Positions 45,594 through 56,378 of a stretch of 64,000 nt of DNA are shown here, in pieces. Numbering within the stretch: the first letter of the stretch is position 1; each line of letters starts with the position of its first letter. Under the pieces are notes generated by a model. It worked only from the letters and a program-made list of their open reading frames with translations, had not been told where the DNA came from and searched no databases. Source of the DNA: Bacteroidota bacterium (GTDB lineage: Bacteria > Bacteroidota > Bacteroidia > Chitinophagales > LD1). A program made the position numbers and the translations under genes. Location of the stretch: positions 35-64,034 of the forward strand of contig CANJVG010000006.1 in the NCBI GenBank assembly GCA_947478005.1. Direction: 5' to 3'.

Positions 45594-47045
45594 TTATCGT
45601 AAACTATAATTCAGTATCAAATCCAAACTCGGCTGCATCATATTCATCATCATTTTTGGAGCTAAACCAAATTCGAAAATGGCAATCGTTATGAAAACAA
45701 AAACAAGCATTTCTTTCCAGTTCAAATCTTCGAAGCTTGCAGTCAGCGAATTGGTTTCACCTAACATAACCAGTTGATACATACGCAGCATATAAACTGC
45801 CCCAAGAATAATCGTCAATCCTGCAATGGCAGCTAACCAGGTATTGTATTCATAAACACCATAAAGCAATAAAAACTCACCGATGAATGCATTGGTAGTA
45901 GGTAAAGCAACACTGGCTAAAACAACAAGAATGAAACAGGCCGCAAATTTAGGAGCCACGTTTCTGATTCCGCCCAGTTGTGAAATAGAGAGAGTGCCGG
46001 TGCGCTGTAAAATAATTTCCGCAGCAAAGAACAATCCTACCACATTAAACCCGTGCGCAAACATTTGTACGGCCGCACCTTGAAAACCTTCACGAGTTAA
46101 AGTAAAAACACCCGCAGTAATTAAACCAACGTGAGCAAATGAAGAGTAGGCGAGGAGCTTCTTTAAATCATCCTGCTTGATAGCTATCACGGAACCGTAG
46201 ATAACGCCTATCACAGCAAAAACTAAAACCAAAGGAGTCCAAAGAGCTACACCATGAGGCGCGATAGGAAGTAACCAACGCAACAAACCGTAGATACCCA
46301 TCTTGAGCATAATACCGGCCAGCAACATAGTTCCTGCGCTTGGCGATTCTTTATAAGTATCAGGCTGCCAGGTGTGGAAAGGAAACACCGGAATCTTAAT
46401 AGCAAATGCAAGGAAGAACGCCCAAAACAAAATGGACTGTTCGTTATCTGATAAAGCCGAACCGTAAAGCGCGCTGATAGAGAAACTTCCTACATGCTGA
46501 TACAGATAGATAAAGCCAAGCAGCATGAAAAGAGAACCGGCTAAGGTATAGACGAAGAACTTGAATATAGCGCGCTGACGAAAAGCAGCATCTTGATTTT
46601 CGCCCCAAAGCAAGGCAATGAAATAGATAGGAATCAAGGCCAACTCCCAGAAAACATAAAACAGAAATCCATCGCTTGCCAAAAACACTCCTAACAAACC
46701 AAACTCCATTAATAGAACAAGCGAGAAGAAAGACTTGGCGTTGTCTATTTCTTTGCGGTAGGTAGTGAAGATGATTAACGGAACTAAGAATGTGGTAAGT
46801 GCCACCAACATAAAACTCAACCCGTCTAACGAAAGCGAGAAACTAATAGCAGGGTTCGTAATCCAGGCATGTGCGTAGGTAATTGGATTCAATCCTCCCT
46901 GCATGAACGGACGCTTAAAAAGAATGCAGGCTACAAAAGTAGCTGCGCCTCCTGCCAAAGCAACATACTTCGCGTATCTGTCGCCACTTAAATAAGTGAA
47001 CAGAGCAAAAACTAAAGGAAGAAAAAGAAGTATAATTAAAAGCAT
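45594..47045 (-). CDS. nuoM: NADH-quinone oxidoreductase subunit M
   Basis: It is an antiporter-like subunit and its position between nuoL and nuoN fits. Confidence 0.85.
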   Translation of the reverse strand: MLLIILLFLPLVFALFTYLSGDRYAKYVALAGGAATFVACILFKRPFMQGGLNPITYAHAWITNPAISFSLSLDGLSFMLVALTTFLVPLIIFTTYRKEIDNAKSFFSLVLLMEFGLLGVFLASDGFLFYVFWELALIPIYFIALLWGENQDAAFRQRAIFKFFVYTLAGSLFMLLGFIYLYQHVGSFSISALYGSALSDNEQSILFWAFFLAFAIKIPVFPFHTWQPDTYKESPSAGTMLLAGIMLKMGIYGLLRWLLPIAPHGVALWTPLVLVFAVIGVIYGSVIAIKQDDLKKLLAYSSFAHVGLITAGVFTLTREGFQGAAVQMFAHGFNVVGLFFAAEIILQRTGTLSISQLGGIRNVAPKFAACFILVVLASVALPTTNAFIGEFLLLYGVYEYNTWLAAIAGLTIILGAVYMLRMYQLVMLGETNSLTASFEDLNWKEMLVFVFITIAIFEFGLAPKMMMNMMQPSLDLILNYSLR

Positions 47046-47048
47046 TCT

Positions 47049-48959
47049 CTATCTTATGATAAACACGTAAAAAAACATCGCCACTATACTCAACACCATA
47101 GCCAGTAAATAAAAACCGATATAACCGCTCTGTAACTTGCGAATCTGTCCACCCACCATCAACGAAACACGGCCACTCCAGTTCACTGCACCATCCACCA
47201 CTAATCTATCCACCACATCATGGAATATTTCTGAAAGAAATAGTATCGGCTTTACAAAAAGTAAATTGTAAATCTCATCTACATAATACTTGTTGTAAAC
47301 TATTTTGCCTAAGCCGGATTGTTCTTCATCTTTTACAGGAAGCGCTTTTCCCGAAACGTTTTTTGTGTAGGCATAACCGATAGAAAGTAAAGCTCCGATA
47401 AATGCACCGGCCATTAAAGCCAATTCAGTTCCGTGTGAAAGACCTTCATGAGCAGCGCCTTCACCACCGTGATTAGCAGAAGCAAGAACAGGACTTAAGA
47501 ATTCCTTTAAGAAATGCTTAGCCTGAAACACTTCCGGTAAACCTAAAGCACCGCCAACTGCAGCAAGCAATGCAAGCACGATCAACGGGAAAGTAATTAA
47601 AGCAGGTGATTCATGTAAGTGATGCTTCTGTTCATCCGTTCCTCTGAATTCACCGGTGAAGGTGAGAAATACTAAACGGAACATATAGAAGGCAGTCATT
47701 AAAGAAGCTAAGGATGCTACAGCCCACAAAACTTTATTGTGTTCAAATGCAGCCGCCAGAATTTCATCTTTCGAAAAGAAACCACTGAAAGGAAATACAC
47801 CGGATATGGCTAAAGACGAAATCAGGAAAGTCCAGAAGGTGATGGGCATATATTTCTTCAAACCACCCATGTTGCGGATATCCTGTTCGCCATGCAAAGC
47901 ATGTATCACAGAGCCTGAACCTAAGAACAAACAGGCTTTAAAGAAGGCGTGAGTAACCACATGAAATACACCCGAAGTAAACGCGCCAACGCCTAATGCC
48001 ATAAACATTAAACCTAACTGCGAAACAGTAGAGTAGGCCAATACCTTCTTAATATCATTTTGCATTAAGCCGATAGTTGCAGCAAACAAAGCCGTAGCTA
48101 CTCCGATGAAGGCAATAAACTGCATAGTCTCCGGTGCAAGAACATAAAGGAAATTGGCGCGGACAATCATATAGATGCCGGCAGTAACCATCGTTGCAGC
48201 ATGAATAAGTGCTGATACCGGAGTTGGTCCGGCCATTGCATCCGGTAACCAGGTATAAAGAGGCAGTTGAGCCGATTTACCCATGGCTCCTACAAAAAGT
48301 AAAAGGGTGATGGCCACAATCAATCCGTGTGAAATAGTAGAAGTAGCTAAAGCTGTTTGTATCGTTCCGAAATGAAGCGAGTGAAAGTTATACAACAACA
48401 AAAATATACCCAGCAGGAACCCTAAGTCACCAATACGGTTCATCACAAATGCTTTCTTGGCAGCATTGTTATAGTCCTGATTCTTGAACCAGAAGCCAAT
48501 AAGCAGATAAGAACAAAGACCTACACCTTCCCAACCGATAAAGGTAATCAGGAAGTTATTCCCGAGAACCAGCAAAAGCATGAAGAAGATGAAGAGATTC
48601 AGATAAGAGAAGAATACATGGAACTTCTCATCATCGTGCATGTAGCTGATAGAGTAGATATGAATCAGGAAACCAATCCCTGTAACCACCATTAACCAGG
48701 TAGCAGAGAGTTGATCTAACAACAAACCAAAGGTGATGGTGAAGTCAGGAAGGGCAATCCAATCGTAAACGTTTACGTCAATCTTCTGTTGTGAACCGTT
48801 TACAAAACCAATAAAAAAGATAGTGGATAGAACAAATGAAACGAAGATAGTTCCCGAACCAATAATGCCCGAAACTGTCTTAGGCAACTTCTTTCCAACC
48901 AAAGCATTGATAAGAAAACCGAGAAGAGGAAGAAGTATGATTATTAAAAGATAGCTCAC
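47049..48959 (-). CDS. nuoL: NADH-quinone oxidoreductase subunit L
   Basis: The 636-aa antiporter-like subunit has a C-terminal lateral-helix region. Confidence 0.85.
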   Translation of the reverse strand: MSYLLIIILLPLLGFLINALVGKKLPKTVSGIIGSGTIFVSFVLSTIFFIGFVNGSQQKIDVNVYDWIALPDFTITFGLLLDQLSATWLMVVTGIGFLIHIYSISYMHDDEKFHVFFSYLNLFIFFMLLLVLGNNFLITFIGWEGVGLCSYLLIGFWFKNQDYNNAAKKAFVMNRIGDLGFLLGIFLLLYNFHSLHFGTIQTALATSTISHGLIVAITLLLFVGAMGKSAQLPLYTWLPDAMAGPTPVSALIHAATMVTAGIYMIVRANFLYVLAPETMQFIAFIGVATALFAATIGLMQNDIKKVLAYSTVSQLGLMFMALGVGAFTSGVFHVVTHAFFKACLFLGSGSVIHALHGEQDIRNMGGLKKYMPITFWTFLISSLAISGVFPFSGFFSKDEILAAAFEHNKVLWAVASLASLMTAFYMFRLVFLTFTGEFRGTDEQKHHLHESPALITFPLIVLALLAAVGGALGLPEVFQAKHFLKEFLSPVLASANHGGEGAAHEGLSHGTELALMAGAFIGALLSIGYAYTKNVSGKALPVKDEEQSGLGKIVYNKYYVDEIYNLLFVKPILFLSEIFHDVVDRLVVDGAVNWSGRVSLMVGGQIRKLQSGYIGFYLLAMVLSIVAMFFYVFIIR

Positions 48960-48974
48960 TGTATGGTCTTGCGT

Positions 48975-49304
48975 CTAGTTCTTCAAAGATTTCAATTCAT
49001 CAATATCTACTGTATGCACATTTCTGAATATCGTTACCAGAATGGCTAATCCTACCGCTACTTCTGCTGCCGCTACAGCCATTACAAAGAATACAAACAC
49101 CTGTCCGCTAGCATCATTGTGGTAAGTAGAAAAAGCCACGAGCAAAAGATTGACAGAGTTCAGCATCAACTCCACACTCATGAAAATGATAATGGCATTT
49201 CTGCGGAACAAAACACCTAACACCCCGATGCAAAACAACACCGCACTAATGAAAATGTAGTATTGAATAGGAACCACCGAAAATATGTTGAGTAATAAAT
49301 TCAT
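48975..49304 (-). CDS. nuoK: NADH-quinone oxidoreductase subunit K
   Basis: The 109-aa protein has 3 TM segments. TAATG coupling links its start to the nuoJ stop. Confidence 0.85.
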   Translation of the reverse strand: MNLLLNIFSVVPIQYYIFISAVLFCIGVLGVLFRRNAIIIFMSVELMLNSVNLLLVAFSTYHNDASGQVFVFFVMAVAAAEVAVGLAILVTIFRNVHTVDIDELKSLKN

Positions 49305-49810
49305 TAGGCGGTTTGTCCTTTTTCTTTCTTAGTTAACAATACGGCACCAATCATAGCACTCAGAAATAAGACCGAAGAAAATTCAAACGGGAATAGATAT
49401 TCATCCAGCAATACTTTCCCAAGAACCTTAATAGTTCCTATAGAAATCTCTTGAGTCAATGGAACCTGGAGGTTGTCGGCTTTTTTCAGTACGGCCACTA
49501 AAACCAACATTAATAAGCCGCTCGCAATAACTGCACTTATCTTAGCGACTGCCGGTTTATGTTGTTCGGTTTCATCGTTTAAGTTCATCAACATCAACGT
49601 TGAAAGAAACAACACCATAATGGCGCCTGCATAAACAATGATATGGACGATAGCCAGAAATTCTGCATTCAGTAGCATATAATGTCCGGCAATAGCAAAG
49701 AAACAACCAATCAGGTAAATAACCGAGTGAATCGGATTCTTCGATAGCACTGTCATTAAAGCGCAGAAGATGGCAACGAAAGAAAGGAATAAAAAAACGT
49801 AGAGGGTCAT
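49304..49810 (-). CDS. nuoJ: NADH-quinone oxidoreductase subunit J
   Basis: It is a 168-aa membrane subunit in the expected position. Confidence 0.8.
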   Translation of the reverse strand: MTLYVFLFLSFVAIFCALMTVLSKNPIHSVIYLIGCFFAIAGHYMLLNAEFLAIVHIIVYAGAIMVLFLSTLMLMNLNDETEQHKPAVAKISAVIASGLLMLVLVAVLKKADNLQVPLTQEISIGTIKVLGKVLLDEYLFPFEFSSVLFLSAMIGAVLLTKKEKGQTA

Positions 49811-49830
49811 TTAGTCTTTGTCGAGGGGAT

Positions 49831-50340
49831 TTATTCTACTTTCATTACTAATTTATCCTTTCCGTATATGAATCCTTCACGTCTGTAATCAGCTGCAGGC
49901 ATATCCTGAGTTAGGAAGATGGCCTCTTTCGGGCAGGCTTCTTCACAAAGACCACAGTAAATGCAGCGCAACATATTTATCTCGTAAGTTTCGGCATACT
50001 TTTCTTCACGGTATAAATTCTCTTCGCCTTTTTTGCGCTCACCTGAAGTCATAGTGATAGCTTCTGCAGGACAACTCAAAGCACATAAACCACAAGCGGT
50101 ACAACGCTCTGCACCATTCTCATCGCGCATTAATATATGACGACCACGATACACTGGTGAAAACTCACGCTTAACTTCCGGATATTGAATAGTAACTTTC
50201 TTTTTAAAGAAATGGCGAAGGGTAATTCCCATACCTTTGGCAATAGCCGGCAGATACAATTTCTCCATGAAAGTCATATCCTTGTTCGATACGTCTTTCT
50301 TTCTACCTGAAAGGGATATGGATTTAAATTCTGTAGCCAT
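49831..50340 (-). CDS. nuoI: NADH-quinone oxidoreductase subunit I
   Basis: It has two CxxCxxCxxxCP 4Fe-4S motifs. Confidence 0.9.
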   Translation of the reverse strand: MATEFKSISLSGRKKDVSNKDMTFMEKLYLPAIAKGMGITLRHFFKKKVTIQYPEVKREFSPVYRGRHILMRDENGAERCTACGLCALSCPAEAITMTSGERKKGEENLYREEKYAETYEINMLRCIYCGLCEEACPKEAIFLTQDMPAADYRREGFIYGKDKLVMKVE

Positions 50341-50408
50341 TTTTTAGCGGTGCAAAAATATTTTTCTGCTCCTATTTTTAAGCGATTGCGCTATTCTGTT
50401 TTCAACAA

Positions 50409-51473
50409 TTATTTGCCCGTCAATAAAATCACTGCACCGGTCGCTACTATATTAAATATAGACACCGGAATCAAAATCTTCCAACCTAAATTCATCAATT
50501 GGTCATAACGGAATCTGGGAACAGTCCAGCGCACCCACATGTAAAAGAAGATACCGAATAATGTTTTAACGAACATCACTCCAACACCAATAAGTGCCGC
50601 TCCGTTCATTCCTAAGGTTCTAAATGCCCAATCCATACCAGGGTAATTAAACCCGCCAAAAAAGATTATCGCAATCAGGGCCGATGAAATGAACATGTTG
50701 ATGTACTCAGCAAACAGGAAGAAGCCGAGTTTCATAGAAGAATATTCAGTGTGGTAGCCACCTATTAATTCAGCTTCACATTCCGGCAAATCGAATGGGG
50801 TGCGATTAGTTTCGGCAAAGGCACAAATAAGGAATACTAAAAAAGCTATTGGTTGCTTAAACACATTCCATGAGAACCAAGGGATGCTTCCGCTCCAATC
50901 AATAAAACCGTGTTGCTGATCTACAATGCTGCGAAGGCTCAATGTTCCAGTCATCATTAAGATAGCAATAATGGAAAGTCCCATCGCTACTTCATAAGAA
51001 ATCATTTGCGAAGAAGCGCGCACTGCTCCCAATAAAGAGAACTTATTATTAGAGGCCCAACCGCCCAACATGATGCCGTAAACTCCAATGCTTACCACAC
51101 CAAACACAAACAGAATCGCGATATTTATATCAGCCGCCTGTAATTTTACTATTCGACCAAACACCATAAGTGTATCACCCCATGGAATTACCGAACTGGT
51201 AATTAAGGCGGTTGTCATAAATAAAAATGGCCCAAAGATGAAAAGGAACTTGTTGGGTGTATCGGGAATGAAATCTTCTTTGGTAAACATCTTTACCCCG
51301 TCAGCCAGCGGTTGAAGTATACCACCTGGACCGGCACGGTTAGGGCCTAATCTATCCTGAAAATAGGAAGCGAATATCCGTTCGCCAAAAGTAGAATACA
51401 GCGCCACCAACATGGTAATGCCGAACACTACAAGTATGACTGCCGATTTTTCTATAAGGAATCCAATATCCAT
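50409..51473 (-). CDS. nuoH: NADH-quinone oxidoreductase subunit H
   Basis: The motifs RLGPNR.GP.G.LQP.AD and ETNR.PFDL.E.E.EL are present. Confidence 0.9.
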   Translation of the reverse strand: MDIGFLIEKSAVILVVFGITMLVALYSTFGERIFASYFQDRLGPNRAGPGGILQPLADGVKMFTKEDFIPDTPNKFLFIFGPFLFMTTALITSSVIPWGDTLMVFGRIVKLQAADINIAILFVFGVVSIGVYGIMLGGWASNNKFSLLGAVRASSQMISYEVAMGLSIIAILMMTGTLSLRSIVDQQHGFIDWSGSIPWFSWNVFKQPIAFLVFLICAFAETNRTPFDLPECEAELIGGYHTEYSSMKLGFFLFAEYINMFISSALIAIIFFGGFNYPGMDWAFRTLGMNGAALIGVGVMFVKTLFGIFFYMWVRWTVPRFRYDQLMNLGWKILIPVSIFNIVATGAVILLTGK

Positions 51474-51482
51474 TTAATCTAT

Positions 51483-52544
51483 TTATTTTCCGTCACTCAA
51501 TTGCGCCTCTTTCTCATTAAAATTCGTTCCGTTCATGCTGATGGCTTTGCGGTCTTCTACTCTACCGGTCATTAAACGAGGGTCTGCATCTATTTCCACT
51601 TTCGCGGTTTGCTTCATATATTTACCCTGATTAATAACACTCCATCCTTCCATTTTGCGCGGACCTTCAACTGTCCATTCCTTAACATCCTTGGTTTCAA
51701 AGCGGCAGGTGTTGCAGATAAATTCCGGTTTACCGTTTGCATCGCTTTCAACTTCATGGTAAACATCCTTGCGGGCTGTAACTCGGTAAATTTCATTGCC
51801 AAACATCCACACAGTAGTTTTCCCGGCACAAGTTGGACAATCGCGATGAGCATCAAACGGCTTTAGAAACCAAACACGGCTCTTGAAACGGAAGGTCTTA
51901 TCTGTCAACGCACCTACCGGGCAAACATCGATCATATTGCCGCTCATTTCGTTGGTTACGGCATTCTGTATATAAGTAGATATTTCAGCCGCATCGCCAC
52001 GGTTCATGATACCATGCACGCGATTATCGGTGAGCTGGTCGGCAACATAAGTGCAACGGTAACAAAGAATGCAACGTTTCATGTGCAGTTGTATCTTATC
52101 GCCAATATCTATCCTGTCAAACGTTCTTCTTTCTTCCTGGTAACGGGTTTTGGCTACTCCATAATTAAAACCAAGATTCTGTAAATCGCATTCTCCTGCC
52201 TGGTCGCAGATAGGGCAATCAAGCGGGTGGTTAATCAATAAAAACTCAACCACACCTTTGCGCATGTCCTGCACCTTAGGGCTAGTCATATTCTTCACCT
52301 CCATACCATCTGCAATGGGTGTGCAGCAACTGGCCTGCAACTTAGGCATAGGGTTTGGATTGGCATCACTTCCTTTAGATATCTCAACCAAACAGACACG
52401 ACATTTGCCCCCGCTTCCTTTTAGTTTGCTGTAATAACACATAGCAGGCGGCACTAGGTCTCCACCAATCTTGCGCGCGGCATTCAGGATGGTTGTGCCA
52501 GGTTCTACTTCTACGGTTACTCCGTCAATGGTTACTTTAGCCAT
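51483..52544 (-). CDS. nuoG: NADH-quinone oxidoreductase subunit G, short form (2Fe-2S plus 4Fe-4S N-terminal domains only)
   Basis: The motifs are MAKVTIDG...C..C.VE and HPLDCPICDQAGECDLQ. At 353 aa it lacks the molybdopterin-like domain. Confidence 0.85.
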   Translation of the reverse strand: MAKVTIDGVTVEVEPGTTILNAARKIGGDLVPPAMCYYSKLKGSGGKCRVCLVEISKGSDANPNPMPKLQASCCTPIADGMEVKNMTSPKVQDMRKGVVEFLLINHPLDCPICDQAGECDLQNLGFNYGVAKTRYQEERRTFDRIDIGDKIQLHMKRCILCYRCTYVADQLTDNRVHGIMNRGDAAEISTYIQNAVTNEMSGNMIDVCPVGALTDKTFRFKSRVWFLKPFDAHRDCPTCAGKTTVWMFGNEIYRVTARKDVYHEVESDANGKPEFICNTCRFETKDVKEWTVEGPRKMEGWSVINQGKYMKQTAKVEIDADPRLMTGRVEDRKAISMNGTNFNEKEAQLSDGK

Positions 52545-52820
52545 ACTTTAATTGACATTGAAATTCGAGCGCGAATGTAATTTCACCAAACAATTATTCA
52601 AAAGAATCTTTCAACACAGATTTCAGTAAGTACTATATTTCGGTTTGATAAGGGTGTCTAAACTTTTCGAGTTAAGAACCTTCTACTTCGAAAATTAAGA
52701 TGGTTTAGCACAAAGGGTGCTAAGTAAGTTCCAAAACGATGGATTTTGGGGGAAATGGAAGTTAATGGTGATTAGGAGCGGCTAGTAATGCCGCCTTTTA
52801 TTTCTTTATATTCGTGCTAA

Positions 52821-53360
52821 ATGTATTACCTATCCAAACTTATTTTTTGGTCTTTTGGGTGGAAAACGAAAGGTAATTTGCCTGCCTTGAAGAAGTATGT
52901 AATTATTGCAGCGCCACATACCAGTGCGTGGGACCTTCTCTTCGGCCTTTGTGCTATTTATATTTATAGGTTAAAACTTTCCTTTTTTGTAAAGAAGGAA
53001 GCATTCGATTCGCCTCTTGGTTTCCTGTTTCGAGCAATCGGTGCTGTTCCTGTTGATCGTTCATCTAAGCATAATTTAGTGCAGCAAGCCGTCAAAATGT
53101 TTGAGGCAAAGGAGAATTTTATCCTCGCTCTCGCACCTGAAGGCACCCGTGAATACGTGGCTAAATGGAAAACGGGTTTCTATTATATTGCCTTGGAAGC
53201 TAAGGTGCCTATTCTATGCAGTTATTTAGATTTTGAGCATAGGATTGTAGGCATTGGTACTACCATCTATCCCAGCGGAGATTTGGAAAAAGATATGGAG
53301 CAGATTTTAAACTTTTACCGCCCTATTAAAGGCAAGCATCCTGAAAAAGGAGTGCGTTAA
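52821..53360 (+). CDS. Lysophospholipid (1-acyl-sn-glycerol-3-phosphate) acyltransferase family protein
   Basis: The HX4D motif (HTSAWD) and the PEGTR motif are present. Confidence 0.7.
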   Translation: MYYLSKLIFWSFGWKTKGNLPALKKYVIIAAPHTSAWDLLFGLCAIYIYRLKLSFFVKKEAFDSPLGFLFRAIGAVPVDRSSKHNLVQQAVKMFEAKENFILALAPEGTREYVAKWKTGFYYIALEAKVPILCSYLDFEHRIVGIGTTIYPSGDLEKDMEQILNFYRPIKGKHPEKGVR

Positions 53361-53363
53361 TAA

Positions 53364-54212
53364 CTACCAAACAGTAATAGATTTGTTGATTCCATTTACG
53401 GTCACCGCCAATGTGTTCTCACAAGTGCCATTGCCATAATCAATAGCCAATTCACTTCCATTCGTATTCTTCAGTTTCTCCTTACCTGAGATAAAAGTGT
53501 TGAGGCAACCGAGCTCAAGTTTTTTGTAAAGTGGAGTAATAGTTTCTGATGTAAAAGTAACTCCGTTTTTATTCGTTCCGCTCACCGAGCCACTCACGGC
53601 ATATTCTTTATTCCACCAACTGTTGCCGGTTGGATGGAGCAATGATATGGTACGCTCACAAGTCCAGTAAGCAGTTCCATTTTCGCGTTGCAGATAGCCA
53701 TTCTGAACAGTTTGTGTAAAGGTGCTGTCGCTCGTGCGAACAATGGTTTGCAGGCCTGCTAATTTATACATCTTACTTCCATCGCCCACATAGTATTCAT
53801 CGGCTGAGGTAATGGTGAGGAGGAGGTTACATCCGGTCTCACTAAAACGATTGCTCATGCCCACATGAATTTTTCCCGCACGATAGCGCCCATCACGACA
53901 AGGAATACCCTTGTAACTGGAACCGTGGTCAAGAGTTCCATAGTCAATGACGCAGGCGATTCCATCCAAATCGGTAAAGATAGAGTCCTCGAAAGCAATG
54001 GTTGCTCCATCCGGCAAAATCAAATTTTCCTGTTTCCCTGTCTTGGCATCAGTAGCCAAAAAATCAGCCGATACTTCATACACTTGTGCAAACTCGGTTT
54101 CCATAGCGCTGTTATCTTCGGCACTTAACACACTTTCATCCTGTTCTTTTTTACAAGAGCCAACGGTAAGAAATACGCAAAGAACAAAAACGATAGGGTA
54201 AACTGATTTCAT
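53364..54212 (-). CDS. Hypothetical lipoprotein
   Basis: The start is moved to MKSVYPIVFVLCVFLTVGSC, which carries a lipobox. No family was recognised. Confidence 0.55.
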   Translation of the reverse strand: MKSVYPIVFVLCVFLTVGSCKKEQDESVLSAEDNSAMETEFAQVYEVSADFLATDAKTGKQENLILPDGATIAFEDSIFTDLDGIACVIDYGTLDHGSSYKGIPCRDGRYRAGKIHVGMSNRFSETGCNLLLTITSADEYYVGDGSKMYKLAGLQTIVRTSDSTFTQTVQNGYLQRENGTAYWTCERTISLLHPTGNSWWNKEYAVSGSVSGTNKNGVTFTSETITPLYKKLELGCLNTFISGKEKLKNTNGSELAIDYGNGTCENTLAVTVNGINKSITVW

Positions 54213-54419
54213 AAACTGTGTTTTATGGTTTTGAATGTAACAAAAATAGAAAGATAACGTGATAGTAAGAGTGAGCCAACAGTTAAATAATATAATAGTC
54301 ATTCCTTCGCTTGTCAACTGCAAGGGTATGAGTAATGTAAAACGGCCATTCGTAATCATTCATTCTAAATCTTCAAATCCTTTATATATTCATCGCTTCT
54401 TTTAAAACTGATTTAATAA

Positions 54420-56264
54420 ATGAAAAAGCTAAACCGGCTTTTTTTATTTTTTATGCTTGGCTCGGTCATCTCGCAAGTATTTGCGCAGAGTCCTTATGAT
54501 GATGAAGTATGTTTAGATAAAACAGTAAAACAATTAAGACGCGAAGACCAAAAGCGGAAATTAGTAGAGGGCATGGACAAAACCCTCATCATAGCTTCCT
54601 ATCTCAACTATAGCGACCGCACTGTTGACCGTATCATCACCGGTAAAGATGCCTTTGAACCCTACCGTGGTAAACTGATTCGGAATATTGATGTAAAAGT
54701 GATTCAACCTTATGGAGTTACCATTGAGAAACCTGAAGGCAATAAGTTTTCAAGGTTTCAAAAGTTTGCCAACAGCATTCAATTCAAAACAAAAGAATGG
54801 GTGGTGCGCAACGATATTCTTTTTAAAGAAGGCGATGAGGTGAACCCCATCATCTTTGCCGATACCGAACGAAATTTATGGGAACGCAGAACTTTTAAAG
54901 ACCTGAAATTATTCATTATTCCTGTAGATGGCAGCGACAATCTGGTGGATGTTTTGGTGATGTTGCAAGACCGATGGAGTTGGGGCGTAAATTTCAGCGT
55001 TCAATTTGAAAAGGTTACAGCGGGCATCCAGTTTAAGAACCTATTTGGTCTGCCTCAATCATTTTCCAGTGATTTAGCGCTTAATTATCGAAAGGATAAT
55101 CTTTATACCGTGTCCGGAATTTATCAGTATTCCAATATCAAGCACTCTCAAATAGATATAAGCGCCTCTTACAAATATTCATCCTTGAACAAGGGCGGAA
55201 AGATTTCTATCAATCGCGATTTCTTTTCGGCCAACAGCAAATGGGCAGGACATATTAATGCAGGTATTTATCGGGAAAGTGCGAGTGTGCCTAATTTGCT
55301 CGCAAGCTCCATTGCTACCAATGTTTTCTATAACACTCAGGACATTTGGTTAGCTACTTCTATTAAAATGCCTGGTCTTTCAAAGGGACGTTTTGATTTA
55401 GTGAGACTTATTCTTTCCGGTCGAATGAAGCGCTATGATTACATGAGCAGGCCCTTCGTTCGCAGTCCGGATGGTACCCAAACGTTTATTAACAGGACAT
55501 ACTTTTTGGGCAGTATTGGGTTTGCCAATTGGGATTATTACGTTGACCATTCCGTCTATCATCTCGACCAGGCCGAATACTTTTCTAAAGGGTTAAACGG
55601 TGCTCTTATTGGCGGTTTCGATTATGATGAAGAGTTGCAAAAACGTTTTTATGCAGGCTTTCAGTTAGATTATGGAAAGCGATTAGGTAAGATCGGTTAC
55701 TTGGACACAAGAGCTTCCTATGGCGGTTTTATCAAGAAGAATTCCTATCAGCAAGTTTTATTTAAACTATCCGAGAAATTCTATTCAGCACCTGTGAAAT
55801 TGGGTCCTAAGTTTATGATGCGCAACTTTATCTCTGCAGGCATAAATTTAGGGTTCAATCGCCCGATTGGCAGAGAGTTAGTAGTTAATAGCACGAACGG
55901 ATTGCGAGGTATTTATCAGAATTATATCCGTGGTTCACGCAGTTATGTATTTAACTTTGAAACTGCTGTTTATCCTACTTTCAAAATACTTGGATTTTCA
56001 TCAGCAGCCTTCATGTTTGCGGATATAGCTATTGTTCAAAATGGTTCAGCCAGTGCCTATCAGTTAAGTCAGGGCTATGGAGTAGGGGTGCGTTTGCGCA
56101 ATCTTAAATTTGGTATCGACTATTTTGAACTAACCTTTGCATACTATCCCGACCTGAAGATCCCTCAGTTAAAACCTTTCTCTTTTATGGCTGATTTCAG
56201 GAATCAACGTGCCATTGACCAAAGCAATCTTTTCGAACCTAATGTACTTTCGCCTGAATACTGA
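54420..56264 (+). CDS. Putative Omp85/BamA-superfamily-like outer-membrane protein
   Basis: It has a signal peptide, a POTRA-like N-terminal segment and a long beta-strand-rich C-terminal region. The assignment is tentative. Confidence 0.4.
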   Translation: MKKLNRLFLFFMLGSVISQVFAQSPYDDEVCLDKTVKQLRREDQKRKLVEGMDKTLIIASYLNYSDRTVDRIITGKDAFEPYRGKLIRNIDVKVIQPYGVTIEKPEGNKFSRFQKFANSIQFKTKEWVVRNDILFKEGDEVNPIIFADTERNLWERRTFKDLKLFIIPVDGSDNLVDVLVMLQDRWSWGVNFSVQFEKVTAGIQFKNLFGLPQSFSSDLALNYRKDNLYTVSGIYQYSNIKHSQIDISASYKYSSLNKGGKISINRDFFSANSKWAGHINAGIYRESASVPNLLASSIATNVFYNTQDIWLATSIKMPGLSKGRFDLVRLILSGRMKRYDYMSRPFVRSPDGTQTFINRTYFLGSIGFANWDYYVDHSVYHLDQAEYFSKGLNGALIGGFDYDEELQKRFYAGFQLDYGKRLGKIGYLDTRASYGGFIKKNSYQQVLFKLSEKFYSAPVKLGPKFMMRNFISAGINLGFNRPIGRELVVNSTNGLRGIYQNYIRGSRSYVFNFETAVYPTFKILGFSSAAFMFADIAIVQNGSASAYQLSQGYGVGVRLRNLKFGIDYFELTFAYYPDLKIPQLKPFSFMADFRNQRAIDQSNLFEPNVLSPEY

Positions 56265-56378
56265 TTCAGCCATTTTTAATTAAACTGTACAGGCGCATAC
56301 TATTTGTGAATAAATAGGCGTTATAATATAGAGTGTCAGAACCCACTTCTCCTCATATTGGTTGCAGATTTTAAAACT

